Source: Squalus acanthias
Lineage: Eukaryota
Assembly: GCA_030390025.1 (NCBI GenBank)
Contig: CM059452.1
Coordinates: 7,564,001-7,628,000 of the forward strand
Direction: 5' to 3'
DNA: 64,000 nt
Within the stretch, counting starts at the first letter, position 1. Every line of letters begins with the position of its first letter. The position numbers and the translations under genes are program-made. Of this stretch, positions 49,601-61,859 are shown piece after piece. The notes under the pieces were generated by a model. That model was not told where the DNA came from and did no database searches. It saw nothing but the letters and a program-made list of their open reading frames with translations.

Positions 49601-50376
49601 GTGATGTGCTGGACAGACCCTCCAGCTGACTGCTGCTGCTGACAGGATGTCTGAGACACTGGATATATTTCCTATCCTGAGAGATGGGAACCTTTACATA
49701 CAGTTACACAACGAAACAATTAAAATTGACTCCAGTACTGTTGTTGGGCAGATTTGTTTATCAATAGGCCTCACTCACAATGTTAAGGGTTTGAAGTTGG
49801 CTTTCAGCCAAGCGGTCAGTAGTGAGGAAACAGATCTTTGATTCACTGCACAGAACCCCCAGATGCTTCCTGTAAATGACATTCGGTGTTCGAGCCTCCC
49901 TGACGGCAGTCGGCTGGGTTGCTGCCAAATATTCTGTGGGGCAGATTGGCGTGAATATGAATGGGAAACAAGATGGCATTTAATTATTTGAACAATAAAC
50001 TAATCAGCAGCGCTCTTACAAGAAAGAAACATTTTATATGGTAAACATCTAAAGAATGATTTTCGGTAAATTCCTTGCTCACGATATTTTAAAAAAGGAT
50101 CAGAAAAAAGCAATTTGTTTCATATGCTAATTATTTTTTAAAATTCCTAATAAAGATAATTCCAGATAATTCAGTCGGTTTATTCAGCACTGCACGAAGT
50201 GCTGGAGAGAGATTTTAGTGACTTCACACCCACACTGTAATGAGATCAGTGGCAATCGCAAAGTAAATAAAACAGCATGTGGAATTGCTTCGATCCCGCT
50301 GCACTTCCTTCAATATTCTTAGAGTTCTGAGCCTGACTGAAACTAAGGGCTCCCTTATTACTGATCAGCAGCCGCG

Positions 50377-50690
50377 CACTGTGCAGTTTAATTTGTGCTG
50401 ATTTTGATTCCTAAACAACCCCTCTCAGAGCCCGGCTACCAATGGGCAGAGAAATGCCCAGTTTGTGATCTGTTTCAGCGGGAGATGAAGCATTTATTCT
50501 TGTGATATTCTGTAACATACCGCTATGTCCTGATATATTGTGTTCCTGATACCAGTGTATGTTACACAGTCGGGTGCTATTAACGTTCGCTGCAATGATT
50601 TGGATGCCGGGGTTTGCTGATTGCATCATCAGTTCTGATTCACCAGCTTCTATTTCAAGAAGCTGATCTGAAGCGGGCGGGCCCCACATT
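50377..50690 (-). pseudogene. Possible highly degenerate V relic
   Basis: IHWYQ motif in ORF 50411-50689 and a CACAGTG heptamer at 50383-50377; no nonamer or YxC seen. Confidence 0.3.
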
Positions 50691-51109
50691 CATTCGTGTC
50701 TCTGTCAACTCACTCCTTAATTATCAGGCAAGCGGACTTATTTAACAACTAATTTTCAAAAGGCCGGGTCACAGACTTAGGGGCAGTCAGAGAAATGCAA
50801 TGAGAGACACTTGTATAATGTGAGGGCTTTCTACTCATCTCTGGACCCAAATCGTGTAGCTATAGCCATCCGCATTGTAAATAGAATCATATTACCCATC
50901 TCCCGCACTCAGATACATAGACCTAAAGCAATTCATAATATAGGGATACTTTATTGGTGCAGAGTGAAGGGATAGATTGCGGGAGATGGAATAACACATA
51001 CTGGCAGTCTCTTCAGACCCTGATAATGTAATTTAATCTGAGAGATTCACATCCGCTGTGAAGGAGTGAGGAAATAAAGGGATTTCATTGACAGTCCAGA
51101 TATAAGTCC

Positions 51110-51220
51110 ATTCTGTTGGTGACGTGGAAGGTGTGACGTGGATCCAATAGCCACCTCTATCAGGGAATCAATAGGCGGCGCCAGTAACCTCGCCCCCTTC
51201 TACCGGGTATTTAACTGCCG
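51110..51220 (+). promoter_or_regulatory. IgH VH promoter: CRE-like TGACGT motifs, CCAAT, TATTTAA; no octamer seen
   Basis: ggtgacgtgg ~51118, gtgacgtggatccaat ~51133, tatttaa ~51208, about 100 nt before the ATG. Confidence 0.55.
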
Positions 51221-51306
51221 GTCACTGGGACCGCAATGCAACAGTCCGGGAGCGGGTTTGCTCAGTGAGTTCTTGCCGGAACCATTTCCCACACATTGCC
51301 AGGAGG

Positions 51307-51352
51307 ATGAGGTCGGCGATTTCTCTCAGTCTGTTGCTGGCTTTCTTATCCG
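51307..51352 (+). CDS. IGHV: IgH leader exon
   Basis: MRSAISLSLLLAFLS + GTGAGT, phase 1. Confidence 0.93.
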
Positions 51353-51479
51353 GTGAGTAGTTTTTATTGTCCAAGTCTCTCACTGTTACTGTCTCAGTGT
51401 TAGTCTCTCTCTGGAATGTTACAGAGTCAGGAATCATTTCACCAGGATTAATCCTCGGGGTTTTTTATTGTTTTTACAG

Positions 51480-51842
51480 GTGTCCAGTCGGATGTCGTGT
51501 TGACTCAGCCAGAGGCAGAGACCGGGAGTCCCGGAGGCTCCCTGAGACTGACCTGTAAAACCAGCGGGGTCAATCTTGGCAGCTATCGCATGCATTGGGT
51601 CCGACAGGTTCCCGGACATGGGCTGGAGTGGCTGGTTTACTACCTCAGTTCATCAACCAATAACTACGCCCCAGGGATCCAGAGTCGATTTACTGCGTCC
51701 AAAGACACTTCAAAGAGCATCTTCGCTTTGGACATGAAGAACCTGAGGACCGAAGACACCGCCATCTATTACTGTGCAGGAGAGACAACAGTGTATACTA
51801 TGGAGTACTGGGCACAAGGCACTATGCTGACGGTGACTGCAG
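51480..51842 (+). CDS. IGHV: Germline-joined in-frame VH(D)JH exon of a shark IgM-type heavy chain
   Basis: [30 protein letters not shown]...WVRQ.PG.GLEWL...[29 protein letters not shown] + GTAAG; leader intron retained; no RSS between V and J. Confidence 0.95.
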
Positions 51843-54800
51843 GTAAGAAACATTCACTCTTTCAGTAACTGTTGTATTTGTGTCTTTATTTTATATTTCT
51901 GTTTATTTCAGTAATTCATTCATTCACTGAAACTTGGGTTATGTGGATTCCGCAGTAAGATTTTTTGCTTTGTTTCATTTAATTCTGCTGCAAAGGTATA
52001 ATAGAATTAAACAGTTTCTCCAGAAATAAAATGTTGTTGAGGGATTGAGCCCCTGATTGATGTGATTTGGTGTTTATCTGCTGATGAGTCTGTGAGCCTG
52101 GGTTACTTTAAATACCCAACGGTTGTTGAACTGTTTGGCGTTTCTACAATGTTTAATCTCGGTGACATCTAATGGTTGCAGGTTTTCTGATCAAATGTAA
52201 ACATTATGTGACTAAATGTGTTTGAAATAAGATTGTAGGCAGAAAATAGAAAGCTCTAGCGGTCAAAAATAATCTTAAGTTATATTAATGTATTTCTATT
52301 TGTAATTGTCATCTAATAATCTAATGTTCACCAATGGTCATATTCAATACGTGAAATGTTACTGTAATTAATAACTCCATAATTAAAAAATGTGTTGCCT
52401 GAATCAGATTTAAATTAATATAAATTAAATTACGTAGTAATATCACCCAATATTACAACAATATGCTATATCAATATTAATTTATTAAATATGAACCGTC
52501 TACTTACAATTCTGCTTTCATTATTTTACATTTATGTTTATTTCAATAATTAATTCGTTCAGTGATAGATGGGATCGCGAGATTCTGTATTGAGATTTTT
52601 TTGCAATGTTACATTTGATTCTGCTGAAAGGGTTTATAGAATTAAGCTGCATCTCCACAAAACGTTCTGTTACGGGATTCAGCCCCTCAGTGATGTGATT
52701 TGCTGTTTATCTGCTGAGGAGAGTGTGTGCCTGGGTTACTTTGAATAAGTAAAGTTTGTGAAACTGTTTGGAGTTTCTGCAATGTTTAATCTCCGTGACA
52801 TGGAACTGCTGCAGGTTTTCAGATCTGTTTAAAACTGTTTGAAAGATGAATGTCGGCAGACAACAAGTAGGTTTTATAAATCAAAAATCATTTCAAAATA
52901 ATTTAATGCATCTTTCTATTTAAGTGAGAATTCCAGATTCAACGATTAATCTATGATTTACGGTGCTCACCTTTAATAGGTGAATTGTTACTGTAATTCC
53001 GAATTATATAATTAACAATTTGCAGGTTGAAGGAGAGTTAAATTAATATAACTCAAACCACTATAATGCGGTAATATCGCCCAATTTCACTCAATATGCT
53101 GTAGTAATAATATTAATGCATTAAATATTATTCGCCTTCCACAATTCTGCTGTGCACTGGTCACAATTAACCTGAGCGGAAAATTTTAGAGGCTGGAGAC
53201 AATTTCTGATTTATGTCTGAAATTATTTTAATAACAGCAGACTGATTCCACCGCAGTGTTCAGTTTAATGAGGGTTTGAAATTAATTGTTATCTCCCTGT
53301 TTCACACAGATGAATGACAGATTGTATTTAATTATGCATTAAATGCGAGTTGTAAATAGCAGTTCGTAAATGTAATAAATCTGCCGGGTTATTAAATTCT
53401 TACTGTGCAGCGGAAACCATTTTATTCCTTCAATATTATTTGTTGTTTGATAGCGAGACAATTATCACTAAACTAATCTTAAACAGTTTGTAAGATCTCA
53501 GGCTGAGCGGTCGCTGGCAGTCAAATAATTGTTCATATAGTTCCATTTAAAATCAAGGAAGGTGCCGACTGCGTAAGGCTGGAGACAAAAATTGACATTC
53601 AAGTAGATTAATTTAATTACAAAAGGTTAATATTAGTTTTGAATTTAATAACAACATCCTGTCTCCTATAACTGTGCTGTATACGGGATAGAATTTTGAC
53701 AGTGAACAGATTACATCTGAGAGTTATGTTTAATTCTCATTAATGTTGAATTGATCGACAAAATCTCTCCTCCATTTGCTCATTAAATTTCAGTGTCGCA
53801 GATGGTCTGATTGATCTGTTCTCCGCCAGTTTTACATTAATCATTCTGGAACTGATTTTCAATAAATTGCAGAATATATTTAAGAATTAAATTACGGGCA
53901 TTGTGTGAATTACTGGAGTAAAATATAAAAATATTGTCTGTGTTATTAAATAGCGGAGGCTCTGTTACTGACGGCAAACTGGCCGGTTGTCTTTTAATTC
54001 ATAAATAGTTTTTTATAGCTAAGATTGAGGATAATGTTTAAACTCGAGAGCCCTGCTTTAGTAAACATACGGTGTTACAGCTCATCGGTAGTTAGTGAGA
54101 TGTGACCACGGCCAGACTTTGAACTATTTAAAATAGTCCACTCCTAAATGCATCATGTGAAATCCACTCTGAGAAAAGATGGAGTTTTGTTTTGTATCAG
54201 AGAGTTCAGAAACATACAGAGTTTGCAAGTGATTAGATAGAGAGCGGGAATGTATTAGAAGTTCGTGAGCATTTTAACTTATTCAAATGTGATTTGAATT
54301 AAGTAAAAATAATATATTTGTCTGAATGTCTTTATCTATTAACATGATTCTTCTTATTTTAATATTGATAAATGCCATGTTAATTTAATTGAAGCCATAA
54401 TAGTTCACAAGTTACCAGGCAGAAACAGGATTAAAATTAATTTTACCTAATTTTATAACAATCCAGTATAACATCAGCTAACATCAATATTAAATTAGAG
54501 TATAATATCAGTGCGAATTTATTAGACATAAATGACCTCCCACAATTGCGTTGTACACTGGACAGGATTACGGTTACTGCAAAATCTCAAGGGTTGGAGA
54601 GAATTTTAAATTATGTCTAAAATTAATTTAGAAACAATACAAGTCTTACTCAGCTGTGCTGAGCTCGAGAAGGTGTCGCCGCAGATTTTAATGAATTAAC
54701 TTCGTCTTTTGCCTCGATCATTTTCCAGGTTATATTTAATGATGAAATTATATTAACCCAGTGGGTAATCGGTTTTCAGTGTAAATGTCTCCTGATTTGT

Positions 54801-55315
54801 TAAATTCTTGCTCTGTCACGGAGTCCCTGTTATATGCAGCAAATTACCCTGGAATGTGAATTATTTCAGTAAACTTGTTTTCAGGGAAACAAAATCTTAC
54901 TCGGTTTGTAAGATTGTAGACAGGGAGGGAGAAATGGTTGAAAGTCGAAGAGAGCTTTTCAAATTAATACCAGTTTAATTTCAAAAAACGTGCAGACATG
55001 AGGTGATAGTTTGAACAGATCTATCTGCCGAGAACACAATTGTTGCACCGTTTGTGTCTGTTCTGTTTCTGTGCGCCTGCTCACTGTCTGAGAATCAGGA
55101 GTCCTCCTGACTGGTTATAAACCTACTGGTTTATTCCCTTATGGAGTACAATTTGACTCATTTATTTCAGAAGATTGTATCCGGGAGAAATGCGACAGCT
55201 GGACGTTAAGTTTGAGGAGGCGTCTCAGAAATGTGATCAGTAACCCAGTTTGAGACAATCAGAAGGAGCATTTCAGAAACACTTCTGGCGGACTGCAGAG
55301 GGAGTTTTAGTCAGT

Positions 55316-55690
55316 TTCTAACCCGTGCCGTACCTTTCCTGGGAGTGTTTGATGGGACAGTGTAGAGGGATCTCTACTCTGTATCTAACCCGTGCTGTAC
55401 CTGCCCTGGGAGTGTTTGATGGGACAGTGTAGAGGGAGCTTTACTCTGTATCTAACCCGCGCCGTAGCTTTCCTGGGAGTGTTTGATGGGACAGTGTTGA
55501 GGGAGCTCTATTCTGTATCTAACCCGTGCTTTACCTGCCCTGGGAGTGTTTGATGGGACAGTGTAGAGGGAGCTCCACTCTGTATCTAACCCGTGCTGTA
55601 CCTGCCCTGGTAGTGTTTTATGGGGCAGTGGGCAGGGAGAATTTACACTCTATTTAACCAGTGCAGTACTTTACTGGGAGTGTTTGACAG
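55316..55690. repeat. 67-bp tandem repeat x~5.5 in the J-C intron
   Basis: ctaacccg recurs at 55318, 55385, 55452, 55519, 55586. Confidence 0.92.
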
Positions 55691-56544
55691 TGCCGTGTAG
55701 ACTTGGTTTTGCTAGCAATCAATCCCTTGCTATACCTAACCTTAAAGCATGGCAGGTCAGTGCAGAGGGAGCTTTACTCTATATTACCTATACTGTAACA
55801 GACCTGAAAGTGCTTTGTCCCGTGTTGTTCAAGGATTCTTAATCTGCATCCAACTAATAAAGTGTGAGTTCTCAAGCCGGATATATAAAAAAAACCTTTC
55901 CATAGCTCCGATGAAACAACCGCGCATTAATTGATTTTAACCTTATTACAAAAAACACTGCCCAATTATTAATGAATTGATAAACTTTAAACATTTTGAG
56001 TATCAGATAATGATTTAATGAGATTGACCTGATCCTGAGCTCACTTTCAGAACAAACAGTTTCAGGAAGTGACTGTAACGCTCCAGAAAGCAGCGCCTGT
56101 TCTGATCTGATGGGAGGCTGGAAATTATTTTGACAATTTAAATGGAGAATGTCGAGACTCCCGCTCCAAATAACCATCCTGGGAACATTATGTTTGAAAG
56201 CATTATTTCATTCAATTGTTTTTAAAAAGGTACCAGGCCGGGACAAACTCGGGTGAGGTGCAGCTATTGGACTGGGTCACAGCACAAGGCTCACAGTCAC
56301 TGAGCCGCACCTCTGTGAAACATTTAAAGAGAAACAGTCAGCCTGCGATGAGTCGTCATTCACAATAAGCTTTAAGACTCTGTGACGGGATCCGATTGAA
56401 TCATTTTTGAGACAAATTCCACAGTTCCTTTATTTTAAATATCCTCTTGTATTATAAGAAACAATAAAATAGATCAGATAGAGGTGTTCAACATTATGAA
56501 GCGTTTCCTTCCATTAAATCGGGAAGAATTAATTCCGCTGACCC

Positions 56545-57675
56545 GTGTAGAATCACAGAATCTCAGAGCACAGAAGGGGCCATTCGGCACGTCTTGCCTG
56601 TGCTGGCTCTGAAAGAGCTGTCCAATCACGTCCCAGCTTTTTCCTCGTAACCCTGCAAATGAGTCCTCTTCAAGAACATGTCCAGTTGCCTTGTGCTTTC
56701 CAGAACTTAACAACCCTCCTCATTTCCGCTCTAGTTCTTTTGCCAATTATTTTAATCTGTGACCTTTGGTTACCGACCTGCTCGCCAGAGGAAACCGTGT
56801 CTCCCTATTTTCTCTGACAAAACCTCTTACAATTTTGAACACCTCCATTAGGTCTCCCCTTAACTTTCACTGCTCCAAGGAACAATCCCAGTTTCTCCAA
56901 TCTCTCCGCATAACTGAAGTCTCTCATCCCTGGTCTCATCCTGGTCAACATCCTCTGTACCCTCTTCAAGGCCTTGTCATTCTCCCTAAGTTTTGGTGGT
57001 CAGAATTGTATACCCTACTTCATCTGATGCCTAACCAGTGATTTGTAAAGTTTTAGCATGACTTCCTTGTTTTTTGTATTCAATACCCCCTTTACAATGG
57101 CAAGTATCCCAACACACTTCTGTAACCGCCTGATCATCTTGCCCTGCCACCTTCAAAGATTTGTGACTATGCACCCCAAGGTCCCTCTGCTCTTGCACCA
57201 CCCTCTGGATTATACTGTCTCTCCCTGTTATTCCTCCAAAAGTGAATCACTTAACACTTATCTGCATTAAATTGCATCAGCCACATGTCTGCCCATTTCA
57301 CCAGTCTGTCTATGTCCTCCTGAAGTCCGCTGCATTCCAGCTCACTAGTTACCACGTTGCCAAGTTTTGCATCATCTGCCAATTGGAAACTGTACTCCCT
57401 ATAAACAGTTCCAGGTAATTTATATATAAAAAAGGAAAAGCAATCGTCCTAACACCGACCTAAGGGGACCCCACTGCATACTTTCCTCCAGTCAGAAAAA
57501 CATCCGTTCCCTGCCTCCTCTCCCTCAGCCAGTTACATACCCAAGTTACCTCCATGCCTTTAATCCCATGGGCTTCTATTTTCCGAATAAGTCTCGTATG
57601 AGATACTTTATCAAATGCCATTTCAAAGTCTATATGTACAACATCTACTGCAATACCATCATCAACCCTCTCTGC
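56545..57675 (-). mobile_element. Degenerate CR1 LINE
   Basis: Reverse-complement CR1 RT/3' UTR-like sequence (gcatcatctgcc = ADDA region; ccattcggc 3' end). Confidence 0.7.
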
Positions 57676-59473
57676 TACTTCACACTGTTGACCGAGCTTT
57701 CAGTATCTGACCAATAAGCCGCAGGTATTTGAGTTATCCGCACAAACCAGAAGCCAGAGTTGCCCACATCAGCAGTCAGCACATTAGTTATTGTTTGTCC
57801 ATCTTTGCATAGAAACCACTGATACCCAATCAAGTTACAATGTTTAAGGATTGCCAATATTAGATATTTGGAAAAGAAATCTCTCCCGATGTTTAGATTA
57901 TGTTCGGTACAAACAGCAACAAGAAGTGACTGTAATGACCCAGGAAGCAGCGCCTGTTCTCACTGGTGGGAGGTTGGAAAGTAATTTAGAAAATGAAATG
58001 GAGCATTTAAAGAGCATCGTTGCATATAACCGGCTTTGGGAATCGTATATAATTCGGATAATTTAATTGAGTGAGTGGGAGGAGGAAAGTCAGGAGACAT
58101 CCATTCAGTAGAATGGGACAGAGGACAAGTCACACTGCATCGGTCTTCCTCCAATTCTGAGAAGGAAAGAGAGAGACTAGAATCAATCCCGATTCATCTA
58201 AATCTGGAATCTTAGAAACCAGGCTGTGCAAAAGTTCCCAATTCAAATCTGTGCGCTGAATTATTCCGTTCACATTTTAAAGGAGACTTCACCCATTTAT
58301 TGTAAACGTCCTTTATTGTCATGGGAACAAAGAAGATTTAGAGGAGGTCTGATAGAGGGGATTTTCGAATTATGAAGGGTTTTATGAAGGGATTCGGGAA
58401 ACATATTTCCCCGGGTCGGTGAGTTGGTGAGTAAATGGCACTGATTGAAAATCAGCAGCAACAGAATAAAGGGAGAGGTTTTATTCCACTTTTCTACACA
58501 GGGGGCTGTTAATCATAGGATGTCCTATCAGAAAGAGGGCTGCATGTAAAATCCACAATAGCTCGATAAAATTGAACATTTGAGAAGAAGATTGGAAATT
58601 GGAAGGTACACGGGATTGGTGGAGAGACCTTTCAGAGGTGTGATCGGCCGAATAGCCTCCTTCTGTGCTGTAACGTTGTATTATTTTATAATTCTGGGTC
58701 ATGCTTTATAAACATGCTGGGATTTGTTTTAAAGGTAACACAACTAGTAGATCTAGCTGTAGGAGTTGTGTGCTTAGGAGAACTAACCCCACCGCTATTC
58801 AAACAAGTCTATCCCCTGAAATCAACAACTTGCATTTAATTAGCGCCTTTAACGTAGTAAAACGTCCCAAGACGATTCACAGGAGCGTCAGCATATAGAA
58901 TCTGACACCGAGCCACATAAGGAGATATCATTTTTATTTCTTTAGTATGGTTGGTAGTTATACTGACAGTTGACCAAAAGTTTGGTGAAAGAGGTAAGTT
59001 TTAAGGCAGCATCTTACAATGGAGAGAACACGACACTTTGATATCATGGAATGGCCTGATTCTGTGCTGATAATAAGAGGCTGACAGCAAAAGGATGTAG
59101 GGAGGAGCTCAGTGGACAGAATGTGAAAGAATCTAATGTGAAAGTGGTTGGGCAATGAGGGGAGTGTTCCACAACAGGGGATCAAGAGCTGGAGGAAGTC
59201 CACGAAACAATATTCCGGCATTCACTCGGTATAAAGGGGCCTCATGGACAGAATGCTCCTTTCAGACTCCTGACATCTCTTATGTACAAGACTGGAGTCA
59301 CATGAAGGCGTTTCACGTCGGGTCTCACAATCACAGAAACTCAAATGCTGATCCAGGTTTTGATCGGCAAATGATGGAATTAGTTCATTCTGTAGTCACA
59401 TTTCGAGTTGTTTGGTTATTTTATAAGCACGGATTACAGAGTCTAACTTGTTCAATGGGCCATTCTTTCCCAG

Positions 59474-59773
59474 CGACACAGTCTCCTCCCACCCTCTACG
59501 CCCTGCTCTCCTCCTGTGAACAACCCAACACCGGCGGCCCCGTCACGTACGGCTGTTTGGCGATGGACTACTTCCCGGAAATCACCAGCCTTTCCTGGAG
59601 TAAAGATAAAGAGCCGATCACCACTGGATTGAAGACCTACCCGTCAGTGCTCAACAAGAAGGGAACCTACACCCTGAGCAGCCAGTTAACCATCACCGAG
59701 TCAGAGGTGGGGAGCAGCGCCATCTACTGCCAGGTTCGACAAAGTGGGTCGGACTGGAGCGTCCAAATGCCAG
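59474..59773 (+). CDS. IGHM: IgM heavy chain constant exon C-mu1
   Basis: ATQSPPTLY...SCEQPNT...YGCLAMDY.P...SW...[37 protein letters not shown]; phase-1 AG/GT boundaries; shark C-mu1-like. Confidence 0.93.
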
Positions 59774-59809
59774 GTTAGTGTTGTGGGATACAGGGGGGAA
59801 ACTGTGAAA

Positions 59810-60590
59810 AGCAGAGAAGTTATGTTCAACTTCTATACAACTTTGGTTAGACCAGACTTAGAGTACTGTGTACAGGTCTGGTCTCCATATCACACTTAGA
59901 GTACCGTGCACAGGTCTGGTCTCCATATCACACTGAGAGTACTGTGTACAGTTCTGGTCTCCATATCACACTTAGAGTACTGTGCACAGGTCTGGTCTCC
60001 ATATCACACTGAGAGCACTGTGCACATAGTCTGATCTCCATATCACACTTAGTGTACTGTCCATAGTTCTGTTTTCTATATTAAAAGAATGATACAGAGG
60101 CACTGGGGAAGTACAAAAAAAGATTTACAAGGACGATACCAGAACTGAATAATTGTAAATGTTAAGAATGATTGAACGGGCTTGGGATCTTTTCTCTGGA
60201 AAAGAGAAGGCTGAGGGGTGACCGAATAGAGGTCTGTAAAAGTATGAAGGGGGTTGAAAGGTTAGACGTAGAGAAAATATTTCTGCTTGAGGAGGAGCCC
60301 GATACCAGGGTCCATAAATATAAGATAATCACTAATAAATCCAATAGGGAATTCAGGAGAAACTTATTTACCCAGAGAGTGGGTAGAATGTGGAACTCGC
60401 TACCACATGGAGTAGTTGAGGTGAACAGCATTGATGCGTTTCAGGGGAATCTAGATAAGTACAGGAGGGAGAAACGAATAGAAGGTTATGTTAATGGGGA
60501 GATGAAGTAGGGAGAGAGGAGGCTCATGTGGAGCATAAACACCGACCTGTTGGGCCGAGTGGCCTGTTTCTGTGTTGTACATTCTATGTA
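59810..60590 (+). mobile_element. CR1 LINE fragment containing an internal 38-bp tandem amplification (59858-60060)
   Basis: (cttagagtactgtgtacaggtctggtctccatatcaca) ~5 copies derived from the LEYCVQ.WSPY motif; ORF 60172-60510 FSLEKRRLRGD...WNSLP. Confidence 0.85.
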
Positions 60591-60660
60591 AAAAAACGCT
60601 TTACAGTTTTAATTGTTTGGATTGCAACAAATAATCCCAATAAATTGTATTTTCTCGCAG

Positions 60661-60972
60661 ATCGTGTGGTACATCATCCAACTGTGATCCTCACCCTGAG
60701 TTCCAGTGAAGAAATCATCAGCAGCAGGTCTGTAACCGCCGTGTGTTCAATCATCGATTTCCGTCCAAAGTCACTGACCGTGAATTGGCTGAAGAATGGA
60801 CAGCTCATGGATTCGGGCTTCGTCACCTCTCCCGTCTTTAAAGTGAACAGGAACTTCTCGGCGACCAGTCGGCTGACATTCACCGCCGGGGAATGGTGCG
60901 CCGGCTCGGTCTATACCTGCCAGGTCACTCATGAAGGAATCCCCCAAAGCGCAAACATCTCCAGATCTCAGG
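60661..60972 (+). CDS. IGHM: IgM heavy chain constant exon C-mu2
   Basis: [18 protein letters not shown]...VCSIIDFRP...NWLKNG...SGFVTSP...FSATSRLT...W...YTCQVTH; phase-1 AG/GT. Confidence 0.92.
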
Positions 60973-61277
60973 GTAAGAGGCACAACCCCGAGAAGTCCCA
61001 GATCATTCTGAGCGCTGATCTCAGTCAGGACTTTTATTGGAATTAGTAAAAAGCACAGAACTATTTCTAATTTCCAATCATACAGTTTGTGTTTCCTTCC
61101 GATGTCAGTGCTGACTCAGGGTTCCTCACGGTTCAGGATTCCATCACTTCGCCAAAGGTTTCCCTCAGCTGTGATGTCAGACAGTGAGTGAGGTTTCCTT
61201 AGTCTCGGGTTTACCCTGAGAAAGCTCTATTTCTAATTTACAATCATGCTGTTTGTGTTTTCTTCCAATATAAAATA

Positions 61278-61682
61278 GAAGAAAGAACTGCCTTTACATA
61301 GCGCCTTTCCCGACCTCCGGAAGTCCCAAAGCGCTTTACCGCCAAGGAAGTACCTCCTGAAATGTGGTCACTGTTGTAATGTAGAAATCGCGGCGGCCAA
61401 TTTGCAGACAGTAAAGTCCCACAAACAGCAATGTGATAATGACCAGATAATGTTATTATTTGGTGATGTTTGTTGAGGGATAAGTATAGGCCAGGGTACC
61501 TGGGAGAACTCCCCTGCTCTCCTCGAAATAGTGCCATGGGATCTTTTACGTCCAACTGAGAGAGCAGACGGGGCCTCAGTTTAACGTCTCATCGGAAAGA
61601 CGGCACCTCCGACAGTGCAGCGCTCCCTCACTGCTGCACTGGGAGTGTCAGCTCACATTTTGTGTTCAAGTATCTGGAGTGG
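61278..61682 (-). mobile_element. SINE (same family as 10603-11062)
   Basis: Colinear similarity to 10603-11000. Confidence 0.8.
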
Positions 61683-61859
61683 TTCCTGGTTCCATAACCT
61701 CGCCAAAACGATTTCCCTCTGCTCTGATGTCACTCAGTGAGTGAGGTGTCCTCGGTCTCAGGTTTATCCTGAGTTGGCTGATCATATTCGGAGCGGCAGT
61801 AGGTGTCTGGAAGCCTTTACTGGTAACTGTCTCGGGACCCACTGCTAGAAAGGGCATCT

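Noticed and set aside
51307-51842. Joined VDJ as a processed retrocopy
   Set aside because: Leader intron, promoter and J-C intron are all present
55316-55690. Class-switch-region-like repeat in the J-C intron
   Set aside because: Looks like a common dispersed shark repeat, is short and not rich in AGCT; sharks lack canonical switch regions
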